Assembly: GCF_023055435.1 (NCBI RefSeq) | Contig: NW_025964334.1 | Coordinates: 49,972,001-50,036,000, forward strand | Source of the DNA: Haliotis rufescens | Taxonomy: Eukaryota | DNA length: 64,000 nucleotides | Direction of reading: 5' to 3' | In this document: positions 13,450 to 25,484 of the stretch, one piece after another | Layout: every line of letters begins with the position of its first letter | Position numbering within the stretch: the first letter of the stretch is position 1 | The notes under the pieces: generated by a model | What the model was told of the DNA's origin: nothing | Databases searched by the model: none | Seen by the model: the letters and a program-made list of their open reading frames with translations, nothing else | Program-made: the position numbers and the translations under genes

Positions 13450-14191
13450 TTCTCACTATTAAAAGAATTAAAAGTATTAAGTATAAAGAGACATTACTGG
13501 AATATACAAGCGTATGGGTTGTCTGGAAGTTGTTTGGTACAGCTGTGCCAGTTCAGCGTGGTACACGTTGATAACATTTAACAAAACAACAGTTCAAGAC
13601 TGTCATTACACTTCCATGCAATATGCTGACTGAATATTGACTATGAACCTCAATGCCAGAAAACAGAATAGCAAGAGATTCCATTGGGCTAAAAGGCAAA
13701 ACACGGTGAACATTATATGAATGGATCACTGAAAATCAGCGATGACACCATATGTCCGCCAACAGGGTAAATATGTCCTGCCCTGTACCTGCCACTCACG
13801 GCCACTGATTAATATCATGAGCATCGATCCAAGCACTTGGGATCTATGACATGCATTAACAAAGTCAGCGAGCCTGACCACCCGATCCCGTTAGTCGCCT
13901 TTTACGACAAGCATAGTCACCTTTTACGGCAAGCATGGGTTGCTGAAGACCTATTCTACCCCGGAATCTTCACGGGGCGCAACTATGACCCATAGGGTCC
14001 ATAAACATGTATTGAAATGCAAAAGTACCTGATCTCATCCAGCCTAGAAGAATAATGTCATCTTCTCTCAGGGCCAGTTTCGGAACCTCTCGAAGCACCT
14101 CCTCCGAATATGCCGGAGGTATTCGCACATCTCCAACTTGTCGAAGTAACAAACTTACCCCCGCTCTGTCCTTTACTTTAATTATTGACAT
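5595..14191 (-). CDS. Cytosolic sulfotransferase SULT-A, 292 aa, 5 coding exons
   Basis: Exons 14191-14029, 11473-11153, 9837-9734, 9324-9162, 5722-5595. All junctions GT-AG; 879 nt in frame. Motifs GWMRSGTHW, PRVLNTHL, RDPRDAIVS, WGSWFDY, YEDMKK, YHKGSVGGWKEVFTVKQYEEF. Confidence 0.93.
5817..8551 (+). mobile_element. Degenerate, internally deleted DIRS1-type tyrosine-recombinase retrotransposon in SULT-A intron 4
   Basis: Imperfect ITRs around actgcgcatgcg (5817-5895 and 8462-8551). Internal complementary region ~8294-8375. Relic peptides KPEN*DGLNVPELNTILWDN (gag-like), PTQTWF, NSWKPSTRKQY and GEHPVIVRFLKDVF..R...PR...WNV (DIRS recombinase N-terminus). Confidence 0.8.
7302..7586 (+). mobile_element. 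tRNA-derived SINE (family C) inserted in the DIRS relic
   Basis: A/B boxes, (cact)n tail, TSD gttgacagg at 7293-7301 and 7589-7597. Confidence 0.9.
8582..8747 (+). mobile_element. Family-A tRNA SINE, full length
   Basis: 13-bp TSD acttaacgccata. The empty site is visible in the adjacent duplicate at ~8839-8951. Confidence 0.93.
10548..10829 (-). mobile_element. Family-B SINE-like element
   Basis: Full length; TSD cattcaaga at 10537-10545 and 10830-10838. Confidence 0.92.
11940..12144. mobile_element. Palindromic MITE/fold-back element
   Basis: Terminal ttgtgaaacgctgggaattgcat pairs with atgcaattcccagcgtttcacaa, plus an inner ~45-bp inverted arm. No clear TSD. Confidence 0.7.
13017..13803. 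repeat. ~790-bp segment duplicated in inverted orientation at 50717-51440
   Basis: High identity throughout, including a family-C SINE fragment and a poly-C/poly-G run. Confidence 0.93.
13804..13977 (-). mobile_element. Family-B SINE-like element, 3'-truncated
   Basis: Head at 13977; tail replaced by the ectopic segment. Confidence 0.85.
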
Positions 14192-14707
14192 GCTCAACAG
14201 CCTGGCGTCTGGAGATGTAAAAAACATGATTAATAGTTGTCTTGGTTTTATACAACATATTAAATGCACTGTAGCTTTGTGATTTGGTTGGTTCTCTTTG
14301 TTGATTTCTAGCGTGTTTTCGGCACGAAATGTATTGCCACACATCCTTTGAATATTGTAATAACCGCAAACTTGCATTTTGTAACCTATAATTGTAGGTA
14401 CTATTCTATGATTATTAGCTTCCGCGGTGATGCGGCCGTCAAACCAGCTGTTTCAATCAGAGGGGGTTTATTGAGATTTTATAGCCTAATTCCTAATTCA
14501 TGGTAGAATGCGCTATTTCTATCCGCCACTTAGGGGCATGCTCAAAAGCATTAAACCATTATAACCCCGATCAATGAATCAGTGTGCCCTCGATTTAATT
14601 CTCAGCTCCCAAGGATTATACAACCAAGCTGCCTTTGATGTTAACAATCACATTACAATCTCTTCTAACAGGGTACTCATTCACTGCTGGGTGAACAGAG
14701 GCATATG

Positions 14708-14968
14708 CCGTGAAGATTCCGGGGAAGAATAGGTCTTCAACAACCCATGCTTGCCGTAAAAGGTAACTACGCTTGTCGTAAAAGGCGACTAATGGGATCG
14801 GGTGGTCAGGCACGCTGACTTGGTTGATGCATGTCATCGATCCAAAGTGCGTGGATAGATGCTCATGATATTAATCACTGGATTGTCTGGTCCAGACTCG
14901 AGTATTTACAGACCGCCGTCATATAGCTGGAATATTGCGTCGTTAAACAACACACCAACCAACCAACC
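14708..14968 (+). mobile_element. Family-B SINE-like element
   Basis: ccgtgaagattccgggg...ttaaacaacacaccaaccaacc. Confidence 0.9.
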
Positions 14969-14969
14969 G

Positions 14970-15273
14970 AGGGGGTGAAATGGGGTTAAACGTCGCGTCC
15001 AAGATTACTGTACTTATTTTGGGACGTGTGTGTATGTGTGTGTGCGTGCGTGCGTGCGTGCGTGCGTGGCAGCTTGTACTAATCCGGACTGATGTCGACC
15101 TTAAGCTCTAGTCCACTCAGATACCATGCCGCATTTTAACATGAATATCCCACTCAGACACAGTATAATGACTGGGTAACAACAAGTACAATGTTTTAAC
15201 GTCTTCGGGTATGACGCGGCCGGGGATGGAACAACGGACCTTTCGCTATCCGCACTTGACCACGGAGGCGGTC
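14970..15273 (-). mobile_element. Family-D tRNA SINE (MetaSINE-like), internally deleted; a further partial copy lies at ~15897-16160
   Basis: Reverse complement matches the copy at 34390-34725. Confidence 0.8.
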
Positions 15274-15952
15274 ACAGGCATATTCTGACCAACGTCACTT
15301 GCCCTAGAAGAGTTTAGCTGCATGTGCTTCCGTTTGGGCAGGACTGACACTGCCGATAGCATTCAAAATCACGTGTCACCACCTTGAAGTTTGACCACTG
15401 GAAGAACTCCATGAAAAGATATTCTCAAACGACAATAACCTTTGCACAGAGACAGATCACAGACAGTGGCAGATTCGCGCGGCTGCTAACAGCGTGTTTT
15501 CAGGTCAACATGTTTGCAGTGAAGCGGTTTATAGTGTACAGCTAAATGAAAAGATAACACATTCAGGTCAGGGAGAACAGAACGTTCAGTTCTTTACCCT
15601 ACCCGTTTTAGCATATGACCTCACCGTTGCGTTCGCTGTTATTGTTTGAAGGGCATTCCCATTATCCCACCCTATCAGATCCATTGTCACTTCAGTTAGC
15701 AATTTGAACAGGTTAGAACTTACTTTACCTTGGCTGCACTATGTCTCAAACATGCATTAATGTAAATTCTCTCTTAAGTTGGACAATGCACCCCACGGGA
15801 GACTGTGATTTTCCTGTGTCTCTAACAAAAGTAGTTATACCGTTGCTAAAAGCCTCAGACATGTCAACATGTTTCTATAGAAGGTATTCAAAGACAAGTG
15901 AGGTGAGGTGAGATGGGGTTTGCGTCGCGTTCAAGATTAGTGCATTTATACA

Positions 15953-15983
<31 letters not shown>

Positions 15984-17474
15984 TGTGTGTGTGCGTTTGC
16001 GTGTGTGTGCGTGCGCGATAGTCAGGACTAATGCCGGTTTTATATTGCTAACCCGCTGAGATACCATGCCGCAGTTTAACATAGATACCCCACTCAGACA
16101 CAGTATACAGACTCCGAGCCGGCCAGTCCTCGTTTTATCCCCTTAATGCTGAGCACAAGTGGGTCGGACCACCAATCTTCCGCTCTCCGGAAAGACAAGT
16201 ATAATACACTAACCACAAGTGGTTATCTGTTTCTAGGTTTCTCAGCCTCTAACCATGCTTGTAGGTTTTACCCAAATGGTAAGTGTCCAAGGACTGCATC
16301 AATCCGGGGTTTCCTCCTACTTAAAGCTGACACGCCGTAATATAACTGAAATATTGTTAAAAGCAGCGTTAACTTACACCTGATCGACTATGTAGCATAC
16401 GTTTAGTACTTACAGGTTGCATGAATGTGAAATTGCAAGTGTCACTGGAGGGCGCTGATGACCTAAATACATCTGTATTAGCCAAGTTGTCAAATATGGC
16501 ATTATCTAAGCGTGACACGTGCACTGGTTGTGAAAATCGTCAGTGGTGTTGAACAAGTTCAAGCTATATAAGGGTGAGAAAATCTTTACCGTAGTCATTT
16601 GAAATCACAAGTCTACAAACTCTTGATATTTCTCGTCTTAGTGGCATAAACCCATCATTGTTCTTATACAAAAGCCTGGATGGGATCTTTCAGATACAGC
16701 TTATCTTAACTAGCATTCTTGGTTGATGCATGTCATCGATCCCAATTGCGTGGATGGATGCTCATGATATCAATCACTGGATTGTCTGGTCCAGACTCGA
16801 TTATTTGCAGACCGCCGTCACATAGCTAGAATATTGCTGAGTGCGACGTTAAACAACAATAATCCGAATATTCATGTTTATACTGTTATCACTTTCTTGT
16901 GACTACCTCCGTGGTCGGCGTTAAACAACAAACCAAACCAAACCTACTGTTAGATCTCATACAATTATTGTGTATTCTAAATTTGGCGGTCGGGATCGAA
17001 AACCGGACCATTCACTCTCCGGGCAGAGGCTCTATCACTGGACCCCGTAGGCGATCTGGCATTCAAAGAACATTTGTCACTTAGTTCGACTACAATTGCT
17101 AACTATCGCCAGCGACTGAAGGAATGGTGTAAATCCTGCTTGAGTGCGGTAAGTCCACAAGACCCTAGTATGGTGGGCCATCGTTGTTGCCGGGGATCTA
17201 CAGCCCGTTTTTATAATGTCTTGTCATGTAAAGCAATATCTTCTTATGGTACATACTATAACATCTGATAGAAATCTGCGATATACCTAGTTATTTTACT
17301 GTCCTTTGTTGACATTTTTTGTATGTAGCCTAAATGAATTTGTATGTAAAACCTTTCACAGTCACGATATGGCTGAAATACTCCCGATGTGGCTTTTGAT
17401 TGTAATTCTCTCACTCAATTTGCATGTGTTTCTGTCTGGCACCACTCACCTGGTGTCATCACTCTTAGATAGTG

Positions 17475-17736
17475 GACCCGTGAAGACGCCGGGGTAGAAT
17501 AGGTCTTCAGCAACCCATACTTGCCGTAAAAGACGACTATGCTTGTCGTAAAAGGCGACTAACGGGATCGGGTGGTCAGACTCGCTGACTTGATTGATGC
17601 AAGCCATCGATCCCAATTGCGTGGATCGATGCTCATGATATCAATCACTGGATTGTCTGGTCGAAACTCGATTATTTTTCAGACCGCCGTTATATAGCTG
17701 CAATATTTCTGAGTGCGGCGTTAAACGACAAACAAA
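17475..17736 (+). mobile_element. Family-B SINE-like element
   Basis: Full length, flanked by gatagtg on both sides. A partial copy lies at ~16717-16860. Confidence 0.9.
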
Positions 17737-18169
17737 CTTTGATAGTGATTCATAAACACATGCTGACGATATAGTCGGAATCGTAAATCGACTCGAGATT
17801 TCTTATGAATATTCACATTCAAATGTTCATTATATGAAAGATCTTAGGCCCAAATACAAGAACTGCATACAGTAGAGTACAGTGTCATTTTACAAATGTA
17901 TTCACATGCTTAATGTGAAGTACGTTTCTGGTTTATTTGAAATAAAACATAACAGATTTTAAATCTTGATACTTTGTTGGACTGATGGCCGAGTTACATA
18001 TTTATTTTATTATTTCGAGTATCTTTTAGGGATGGTCACAGAAAGGTGCAATGATACATATCTTCGATCTTCTTCAAATATTGGATTTGTCGATCCTATT
18101 TTTGTCGGTGTAACAAATGTGTACATGTCAGTACTGTACGGGATCGCCCTGGATTCCATCTACACAAAG

Positions 18170-21100
18170 TCAGGAACTTTCATAACGCTGTTGGAAACTA
18201 GAACCTTCCATTCTCTTCCGGTAGATATCGTCAAACTTTGCCTTCTGTACGGGCGTGAACATATTCTTCCAGTCTCCCACAGCACCTGCATGGAGAAAGC
18301 ATATCATGAGACAGTGGGTGTGATCGCTGTTCTGAGTTGGTTTGGGTTTTCATGGTCCGATCACCTGTCGCTGTAGTCTTGTCATGCAATTAGCGAGGGA
18401 GTGAGTTAGTTGTGTACGCTACTTCAGATAAAACGCGAGTGAGTGAGTTGGGTTTAACGCCGCTTTTAACAGTATTCCAGTTATATCACGGCGTGTCAGC
18501 TTAAGGTAGGAGGAAAGCCCGAAGTGATGCAGGTCTCAGACGTTTACCACTTCGGTGAAACCCACGAGCACGGGTATGGTGCTGACGAACCTAGAAGCAT
18601 AATCGGGGCGAACCGGGATTCGAACCCACAATCATAGGTTTCCGGCGTCCCCAAGGGATGCAACTCTGCACAGCGAATCGCGGCGCCTTAGACGACTGGG
18701 CCATCCCTGCCTCCGCGTTGGCTTGAGTTTTCCTGGTCCGACCACCTGTCGTTGTCGTCTTGTCATGCAATGAGCAAGTGAGTGAGTTAGTTGTGTACAC
18801 TACTTTAGATAGAATACGAAATGTCAGCTTTATTTGAGACGATTGTCCAAAAGGATTTAGAAAATAATAATTACCACGTTTGTGAATTCTTCAAGCGTGG
18901 GTATGGTGCTGAATAGTGTCTGCTATAGTATATTTATTGTGCTTAGTATATTAAATGTGTTATTCCAATTACATCATATGCAAGTTAGGATTTTATCATA
19001 CATTGATTACGACAACTTTGGTTTGAATTGGGAGGAGTCGGGCGCTGTGTATGCAGCCACAAATGATCATGTTGTTTGTTTGTTGTTTAACGCCGCATTC
19101 AGCAATATTTCAGCTGTACGACGGCGGTCTGCAAATAACCGAATCTGGACCAGACAATCCAGTGATTGACATCACCAGCTTCGATCCACGCATTTGGGAT
19201 ACGATGACATGCAACAACAAAGTCAGCGAGCCTGACCACCCGATCCCGTTAGTCGCCTCTTACAACACAATGCAGCAATTTACAGTAATACAAACCTTTT
19301 CTATATTGGGCAAGATTTTCATTCCATTTGTCTGTTATCTTATCCTTTTCACTCTTCATTCTACTGAATGTAGACTTATGAACAACTTGATCAATAAAAT
19401 CTTTCGTAACGCGTTTATCCAGGAATGTTGCCAGTTTTCGTACTTCTTCATGTGGATCCTGAAACGACATCACATGTATTACTTTCATCATATATTATAC
19501 CACCAATAGTGAGTTGGCTTTAAAGCCGCTTTGAACAGTATTCCAGTTATATCACGTACTGTCAGCTTTATGAGAGTCCGAAGTAATGCAGGTGTCAGAC
19601 GTTTATCACTTTGGTGACACCCACGAGCACGGGTATGGTGCTGACAAACACAGAAACATAGATTCGAACCCAGAGTCATAGGTTACTGGTTTGCACAGGG
19701 GACGAACTCTTCACAGCAAAGTGCGGCACCTTTGACGACTGCACCACCCGTGATCCCCTAAACTAACTACAGAGTTATAATAATGAGGAAATGCGTCACC
19801 AACACTTATGCACCTACTCCATTGGGATTAAGGCTTAGAATATGTCTCCAGCAACCCAAGCTAGCATCATTTACACAATTGACCGTATTTAACCTAAATT
19901 TATTTCCAGTCATGAAAAGGACGCCCCCTATTCTTACTTCTTATATGATCAAACAATTATACAGTCACACCATGTGGCGACAGTGACAATACGTGCTTAC
20001 TACCACGATGCCAGACCGTTAATTATTATCTGACACAGATACGGGTTTTATTCGTGAGAAACAGAAACGCCTTTTTGAAAAAAGAAAGGTGCACGTTTTT
20101 GGGGAAAGGAATGTGTGCATTGTTTGGTTGGTTGGTTGGTTTGTTGAATGGTTAACGCCGCACTCCGCAATATTCCAGCTATATGGCGGCGGTCTGTAAA
20201 TAATCGAGTCTGGACCAGACAATCCAGTGATTAATATCATAAGCATCGATCCACGCATTTGGGATACGATGACATGCAACAACCAAGTCAGCGAGCCTGA
20301 CCACCCGATCCCGTTAGTCGCCTTTTACGACAAGCATAGTCCCCTTTTACGGCAAGCATGGGTTGCTGAAGACCTATGCTACCCCTGATCTTCACGGGTC
20401 GATGTGTGCATTGAGTGTCAACACATAATTAGTGAAATTGGCGTTTTGTAGCCAAAAAGTAGTCAGTGAAGTGTAATTTTGTTGATGCATGTCACCCAAA
20501 TGATTCAGGGTTTTTTATACGTCTACAAATTTGCTCCTGCAATCCAACCAATGGATCAGCGTATGAATTATTGTAAAAATACCTTTTTAAGATCTTCGTA
20601 AAATACAATGTGCAGAAAGCGTGGATCTATGGTTTCGCATTCTTTTTCATATGAGCGAATGTGATCAAACCACGTACTCCACATAACTGCAATGGAAAGC
20701 ATACGGTTAAAAGTATAATTTTTGAAGTGATTATATATACAGAGACAGATACGTACTGATACAGCTACTTCTCTCCAATGGAAGTACATTGTATGTCTTG
20801 TCGATCCTGATAAATAAGAATAATCTGATGAAATGTGTAAATTGACATACACCCATGAACATGCCTGGTGGTGGACTACTGCAGAGTATTATTTTTGTAA
20901 ATTGATAAAACATACTCACACTGATCAAATCTGCCAGAGAAAGAGTATTGCACTGATCTGTATTGCATTTATAGAAGGACAGGGCAGCTTGATGTGGAGC
21001 AAAGTCCGAACTAAAGCAGATTTCTATGTTTACCATTTTGGTGAAACATTCGACCACTGGCATGCTGCCGACAAACCTAGAAACATGATCATGATCTAGC

Positions 21101-24100
21101 CTGCCAAAGGGGCGGAAATCTGCACAGAGAGTTGCGGTGCCTTTGACGCATTGGCCTTCCGTGTCCCCAAGAGAAAGAAACTATAATAGTTAAAAGTAAA
21201 GTTTTGTCCAAGAGAAAGAAACTATAATAGTTAAAAGTAAAGTTTTGTCCAACTACAACGTCATTAAGAAATTGTTTCCAAACTACGCACATTTCTCACT
21301 CATGAACAGATGCAGCCAATCATCCCAAGAACCCTTATAGGTATTGTTTGGAAAGGCTCTGTAGTAATAGAACCAGGACACTGCCACGTCCTTGGGGTCA
21401 CGAATGATGTACACCGTCTTCACGTTCCGATGTTTCAGGTCTTTGGGCATGAGCTGACGCTGGACGTGGCTTGTGAGTATTCTCGGGGAGGGAAGACATT
21501 GGAGGTCTGCGTCGGGTACGACTTCCAGAACACCGCTCTCCAGGGTGAAGGGCACGTTGTCGGCACTGCCAGACACCAGCATGTTGACGATCTCAAACAG
21601 CCAGTGGTGACCTGAAGGAGAACGGCATTATGTCTCCGGTTTTTTTTGTTTTAATGTTACTTAAAACATCTTGTTTAATAAAACACTTGCCATGTCAAGC
21701 TTTTCATAAGGGTTATCTGTTTGGTAGCATTTTTAGAAGTTGATAAGTAACAGTAAAGACAAAAATAACTTCTTTATTCTATCATTTTGCGACCTTACGG
21801 TATACTCTCATATGGGGGTATGTCAACGCCGCAATATTCAAGCTATATGACGGCGGTCTGTAAATAAGCGAGTCTGGAACAGACAATCCAGTGATTGATA
21901 TCATGAGCATCGATCCACGCAATTGGGATCGATGACAGGCATCAACCAAGTCAGCGAGCCTGACCACCCGATGCCGTTAGTCGCCTTTTACGACAAGCAT
22001 AGTCACCTTTTACGGCAAGCATGGGTTGCTGAAGATCGATTCTACCGTCTCTCTATTCTCTATTCTATTCCCATATGGGGAATGAGGACACGCATTGCAT
22101 ACAAAAGTATTCTAAAACATTTGCTGTTAATCTCTAGCTATATAGTGAGTTGGTTTAACTCCGCTTTTAACAGTATTCCAGTCATATCACGGCGTGTCAG
22201 CTTAATGTGGGAGGAAAGCCCGAAGTGATGGAGGTCTCAGACGTTTACCACTTCGGTGAAACCCACGAGCACGGGTATGGTGCTGACAAACCTGGAAACA
22301 TAATCGGGGCGAACCGGAATTCGAACCCACAATCATAGGTTTCTGGCGTGCATAAGGGATGCAACTCTGCACAGCGAATCGCGGTGCCTTAGACGACTGG
22401 GCCACCCGTGAGCCCTCTAGCTATATAAATGTCAGAATTTTATTTTTTTAAACATTCACTCAATACGTTTCTTAACATACCAATAATAATAATAATACAT
22501 TTTATGACAGTTATCCTAACATAAGGTAGAGATACAACTTTTGGGACAGCGTGTGAATCTCATTTCTTGTGAGTGAGTGAATGTGGTTTTACGCCGCTTT
22601 TAGCACTATTCCAGCAATATCGCGGCGGGGAACACTAGAAATGGGCTTTACACATTGTTCCTATGTGGGGAATCAAACCCGTGTCTTCGACGTAACAAGC
22701 GAATGCTTTAACCACTTGGCTACTCGCTCTTTATTTGACAAATCGTTTTCACAAAGTTCGCATGATCTATTTATTGAATCTGGTAGATATACAGGTATCC
22801 AAAGTGAAGAAGGAATCTGTCAGCTGCGCGACTTAAATAGGAATAAAGACGAGTACCGATCTGTATTTATTACCCATAGGGGCTAAAATATGCTGCGTAA
22901 TATCTTTTTGATTTTTGCACAGTATGCAATTAGTGATTCTCGAAGCTAAAGCTCGGAACTTAAAACATTAATTTCACCCGTGACACTCGTCACTCGTATC
23001 TATTCTACCTTTTTCTATAATTATTACTGACACGTGAAGATTCCGGAGTAGATTAGGTCTTCAGGAACCCATGCTTGCCGTAAAAGGTGACTATGCTTGT
23101 CGTAAAAGGCGACTAACGGGATCGGGTGGTCAGGCTCACTGACTTGGTTGATGCATGTCATCGATCCCAATTGCGTGGATCGATGCTCACGATGTCAGTC
23201 ACTGGATTGTCTGGTCCAGACTCGATTATTTACAGACCGCCGTCATATAGCTGGAATATTGCTGAGTGCGGCGTTAAACAACCAACCAACCAACTGTAAT
23301 TATTACTAGTATCTCTTGGATATTGCATAGAAAATAGCTAATTTCGCAGTGATAAGACTGAACTCATACACGGATTTGTGTTATCATGTACTATAGGTCA
23401 ATGGCCTTCGCGGTACACAGGTAAAAGTTTAAATTGAGTGACTGGAATGCTAATTTTGTTAAAGAGTTTACGCAGGAACAACGCATCACAATGGTTAGGC
23501 TACACAATGGTGGAACTTGTCATGGAAATTGTAAAAAAAGAAGAGTTTGGAACCTATGTCCATCTTGTTGCCATGGAAACGTAAAAAATAAAAAATTCTA
23601 AAATTTCTAAACAGCAAATGGCAACAGTTCAGCATGTACCTGACAGACCTGCAAAGTTTGATGAAAATATATTGAACGGTTTATATATATACGAACCCTA
23701 CCCTCACAGAACCTAAGTCCATCTTGTTGCCATAGAAACGTAAAAAATAAAAAATTATACAATTTCTTAATAGCAAAAGGCACCAGTTCAGCATGTACCT
23801 GACAGACCTGCAAAGTTTGATGAAAAAATATTGAACGGTTTCTAAGCTGTGCTCCGGAAACGAACCCTACCCTCACCGAACCTAAGTCCATCTTATACAT
23901 GGAAACGTAAAAAATAAAAATTTATAAAATTTCTTAAAAGCAAAAGGCACCAGTTCAGCATGTACTTGACAGACCTGCACAGTTTGATGAAAAAATATTG
24001 AACGGTTTATGAGTTATGCTCCGGAAACGAAACGTGGCGGACGGACGGAGCCCGTTTCTATATCCCCCGACAACTTTGATGGGCGGGGAATAATAAAACT

Positions 24101-24403
24101 CGTTACATTACACTGAACACACTGAAACATCATTATGTACCTTCACACTAAAGAGTCTCATATCTCAGTCTCACAACACCGGGAACAATGACCCAGGGGC
24201 GTGTTACGACCTGTGCCTTTCACAACGCTTATCAACCCACCTGACCTGGGATATCCGTACAGAATTATGTCGTCATCACGGAGAGTGACATTTGGGATAT
24301 TTCTCACCGTCTCCGCACAGAGTGGGTCGGGATACCACACCCCGTCAACATCCAGCATTGTCAGGGTGTTGCCACTCTTGTCTGTTACTATGCTCTCCGC
24401 CAT
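18170..24403 (-). CDS. Cytosolic sulfotransferase SULT-B, 288 aa, 5 coding exons (divergent member)
   Basis: Exons 24403-24241, 21611-21291, 20686-20583, 19458-19296, 18285-18170. GT-AG junctions; 867 nt in frame. Motifs GYPRSGHHW, PRILTSH, RDPKDVAVS, YEDLKK, YRKGAVGDWKNMFTPVQ. Confidence 0.93.
18438..18706 (-). mobile_element. Family-C SINE, lying between two diverged ~100-bp direct repeats (18335-18438, 18717-18819)
   Basis: Matches family C. Further copies at 19509-19756 (-) and ~21010-21168 (-, decayed). Confidence 0.88.
20123..20400 (-). mobile_element. Family-B SINE-like element
   Basis: 12-bp TSD atgtgtgcattg (20111-20122, 20402-20413). Other copies in SULT-B introns at 19070-19265 and 21825-22046. 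Confidence 0.92.
21168..21252. repeat. 41-bp tandem duplication near the SULT-B exon 2 donor
   Basis: caagagaaagaaactataatagttaaaagtaaagttttgtc x2. Confidence 0.9.
22145..22413 (-). mobile_element. Family-C SINE
   Basis: 13-bp TSD ctctagctatata (22132-22144, 22414-22426). Confidence 0.92.
22569..22723 (-). mobile_element. Family-A SINE (diverged); other copies at 47427-47578 (+) and 53347-53495 (-)
   Basis: Sequence match to 8582-8747. Confidence 0.85.
23029..23293 (+). mobile_element. Family-B SINE-like element with intact TSD
   Basis: TSD ctataattattact / ctgtaattattact (23015-23028, 23294-23307). Confidence 0.92.
23510..24095 (+). mobile_element. Helentron-associated interspersed element (HINE/DINE/pearl-like) with internal tandem repeats
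   Basis: Three 160-170-bp core repeats (gaacctaagtccatctt... at ~23550, 23709, 23878), then a (cgga)n microsatellite and a terminal stem-loop tcccccg...gcgggga. Confidence 0.75.
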
Positions 24404-24466
24404 GTTATGACCCCAGTCTCGCAGCAAAGGCAGACGCCAGGTCGAATAGTATGGCGGCATAGGAGT

Positions 24467-24474
24467 TATTTATA
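24467..24474 (-). promoter_or_regulatory. Putative TATA box of SULT-B
   Basis: TATAAATA on the minus strand, 27 nt upstream of an Inr-like CTATTC and ~65-70 nt upstream of the ATG. Confidence 0.6.
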
Positions 24475-24785
24475 GCTCAAACCCTGAACTACAAGTAGGT
24501 CATCTCCGGCAGTTTGAATGTTAGTTACAAATCAACGGAAGTTAAATTACCACACAGGTTGGTTGGTTGGTTTGTTGTTTAACGCCGCACTCAGCAATAT
24601 TCCAGCTATATGACGGCGGTCTGTAAATAATCGAGTCTGGACCAGACAATCCAGTGATTTATATCATGAGCATCGATCAACGCAAACATGTATATAGATA
24701 ACAAGCTGTACTTGTATTAACGCACCAAGAGGCACCAAACATCTCACACTCCGTCTGTGCCATGTAGTGTGTGTCTTCTGAAATA

Positions 24786-25137
24786 TGAGGTGAGGTGAAA
24801 TGAGGTTTAACGTCGCTTTCGATAATATTATATGGCGACATGCATGCGTGTGTGTGTGCGCGCGCGTGTGTGTGGCTGCTTGTACTGGCCCGGACTAATG
24901 CAAGTTTTATAGTGCCAGTCCACTGAGATACCATGCCGCATTTTAACATGAATGCTAAACAAAGTATACTGACTTCGAGCGGACCAGTCCTTGTTTTAGC
25001 CTCTTAATGCCAGCGCCAGGCAGGGTAACAGCAAGTACCATCATGTAAGGTATTTTGGTATGACGAAGCCGGGAATCGAACCGCTGACTCTCCACTCGCC
25101 GGGCAGACGCTCTATCCACTAGATCACAGAGGCAGTC
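24786..25137 (-). mobile_element. Family-D tRNA SINE (MetaSINE-like)
   Basis: tRNA head at 25137, gtcataccaaaa...ggtacttg core, (ca/cg) tract, (cacct)n tail. A family-B fragment precedes it at 24557-24684. Confidence 0.85.
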
Positions 25138-25484
25138 TGAGTGTTGACGTGGTAGATGCGCCTCTCATGCATATAGGCTGTCACCACGCCGAGTCCTGGG
25201 GTATTTTCCAGTAATTGCAGTAACAGCGACATGATGCAGTAACGCTGTTATTACATCGTCACTGTGTAACTGATCGGCAAACGAAAGGACTGAAATACTT
25301 TCTAAAATTATAGTGTGTGTTCAAGCCCCGCTGGAAATACGTTTTCCGACAAAATTTGAAATCATTCACTTTTGTGTCAACATATGTTATTACAGGCCTT
25401 TCAGCATATTGACACAAACATATACAAACTGGTGTGCAAATATGTACACAACAGATTCACAATGTATGATATTCTCCTTTGACA

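Noticed and set aside
13267-13581. Proline-rich ORF
   Set aside because: Poly-Pro comes from a poly-C run whose length differs in the duplicate at 51.1 kb.
17475-17570. Canonical hammerhead or HDV ribozyme
   Set aside because: No CUGANGA/GAAA core, and no P1 helix or GG before the last hairpin. Kept only as an unclassified structured-RNA candidate.
24404-24460. N-terminal extension of SULT-B from the ATG at 24460
   Set aside because: That ATG lies between the TATA box and the likely start site. The ATG at 24403 gives the same 163-nt coding exon as all paralogues.
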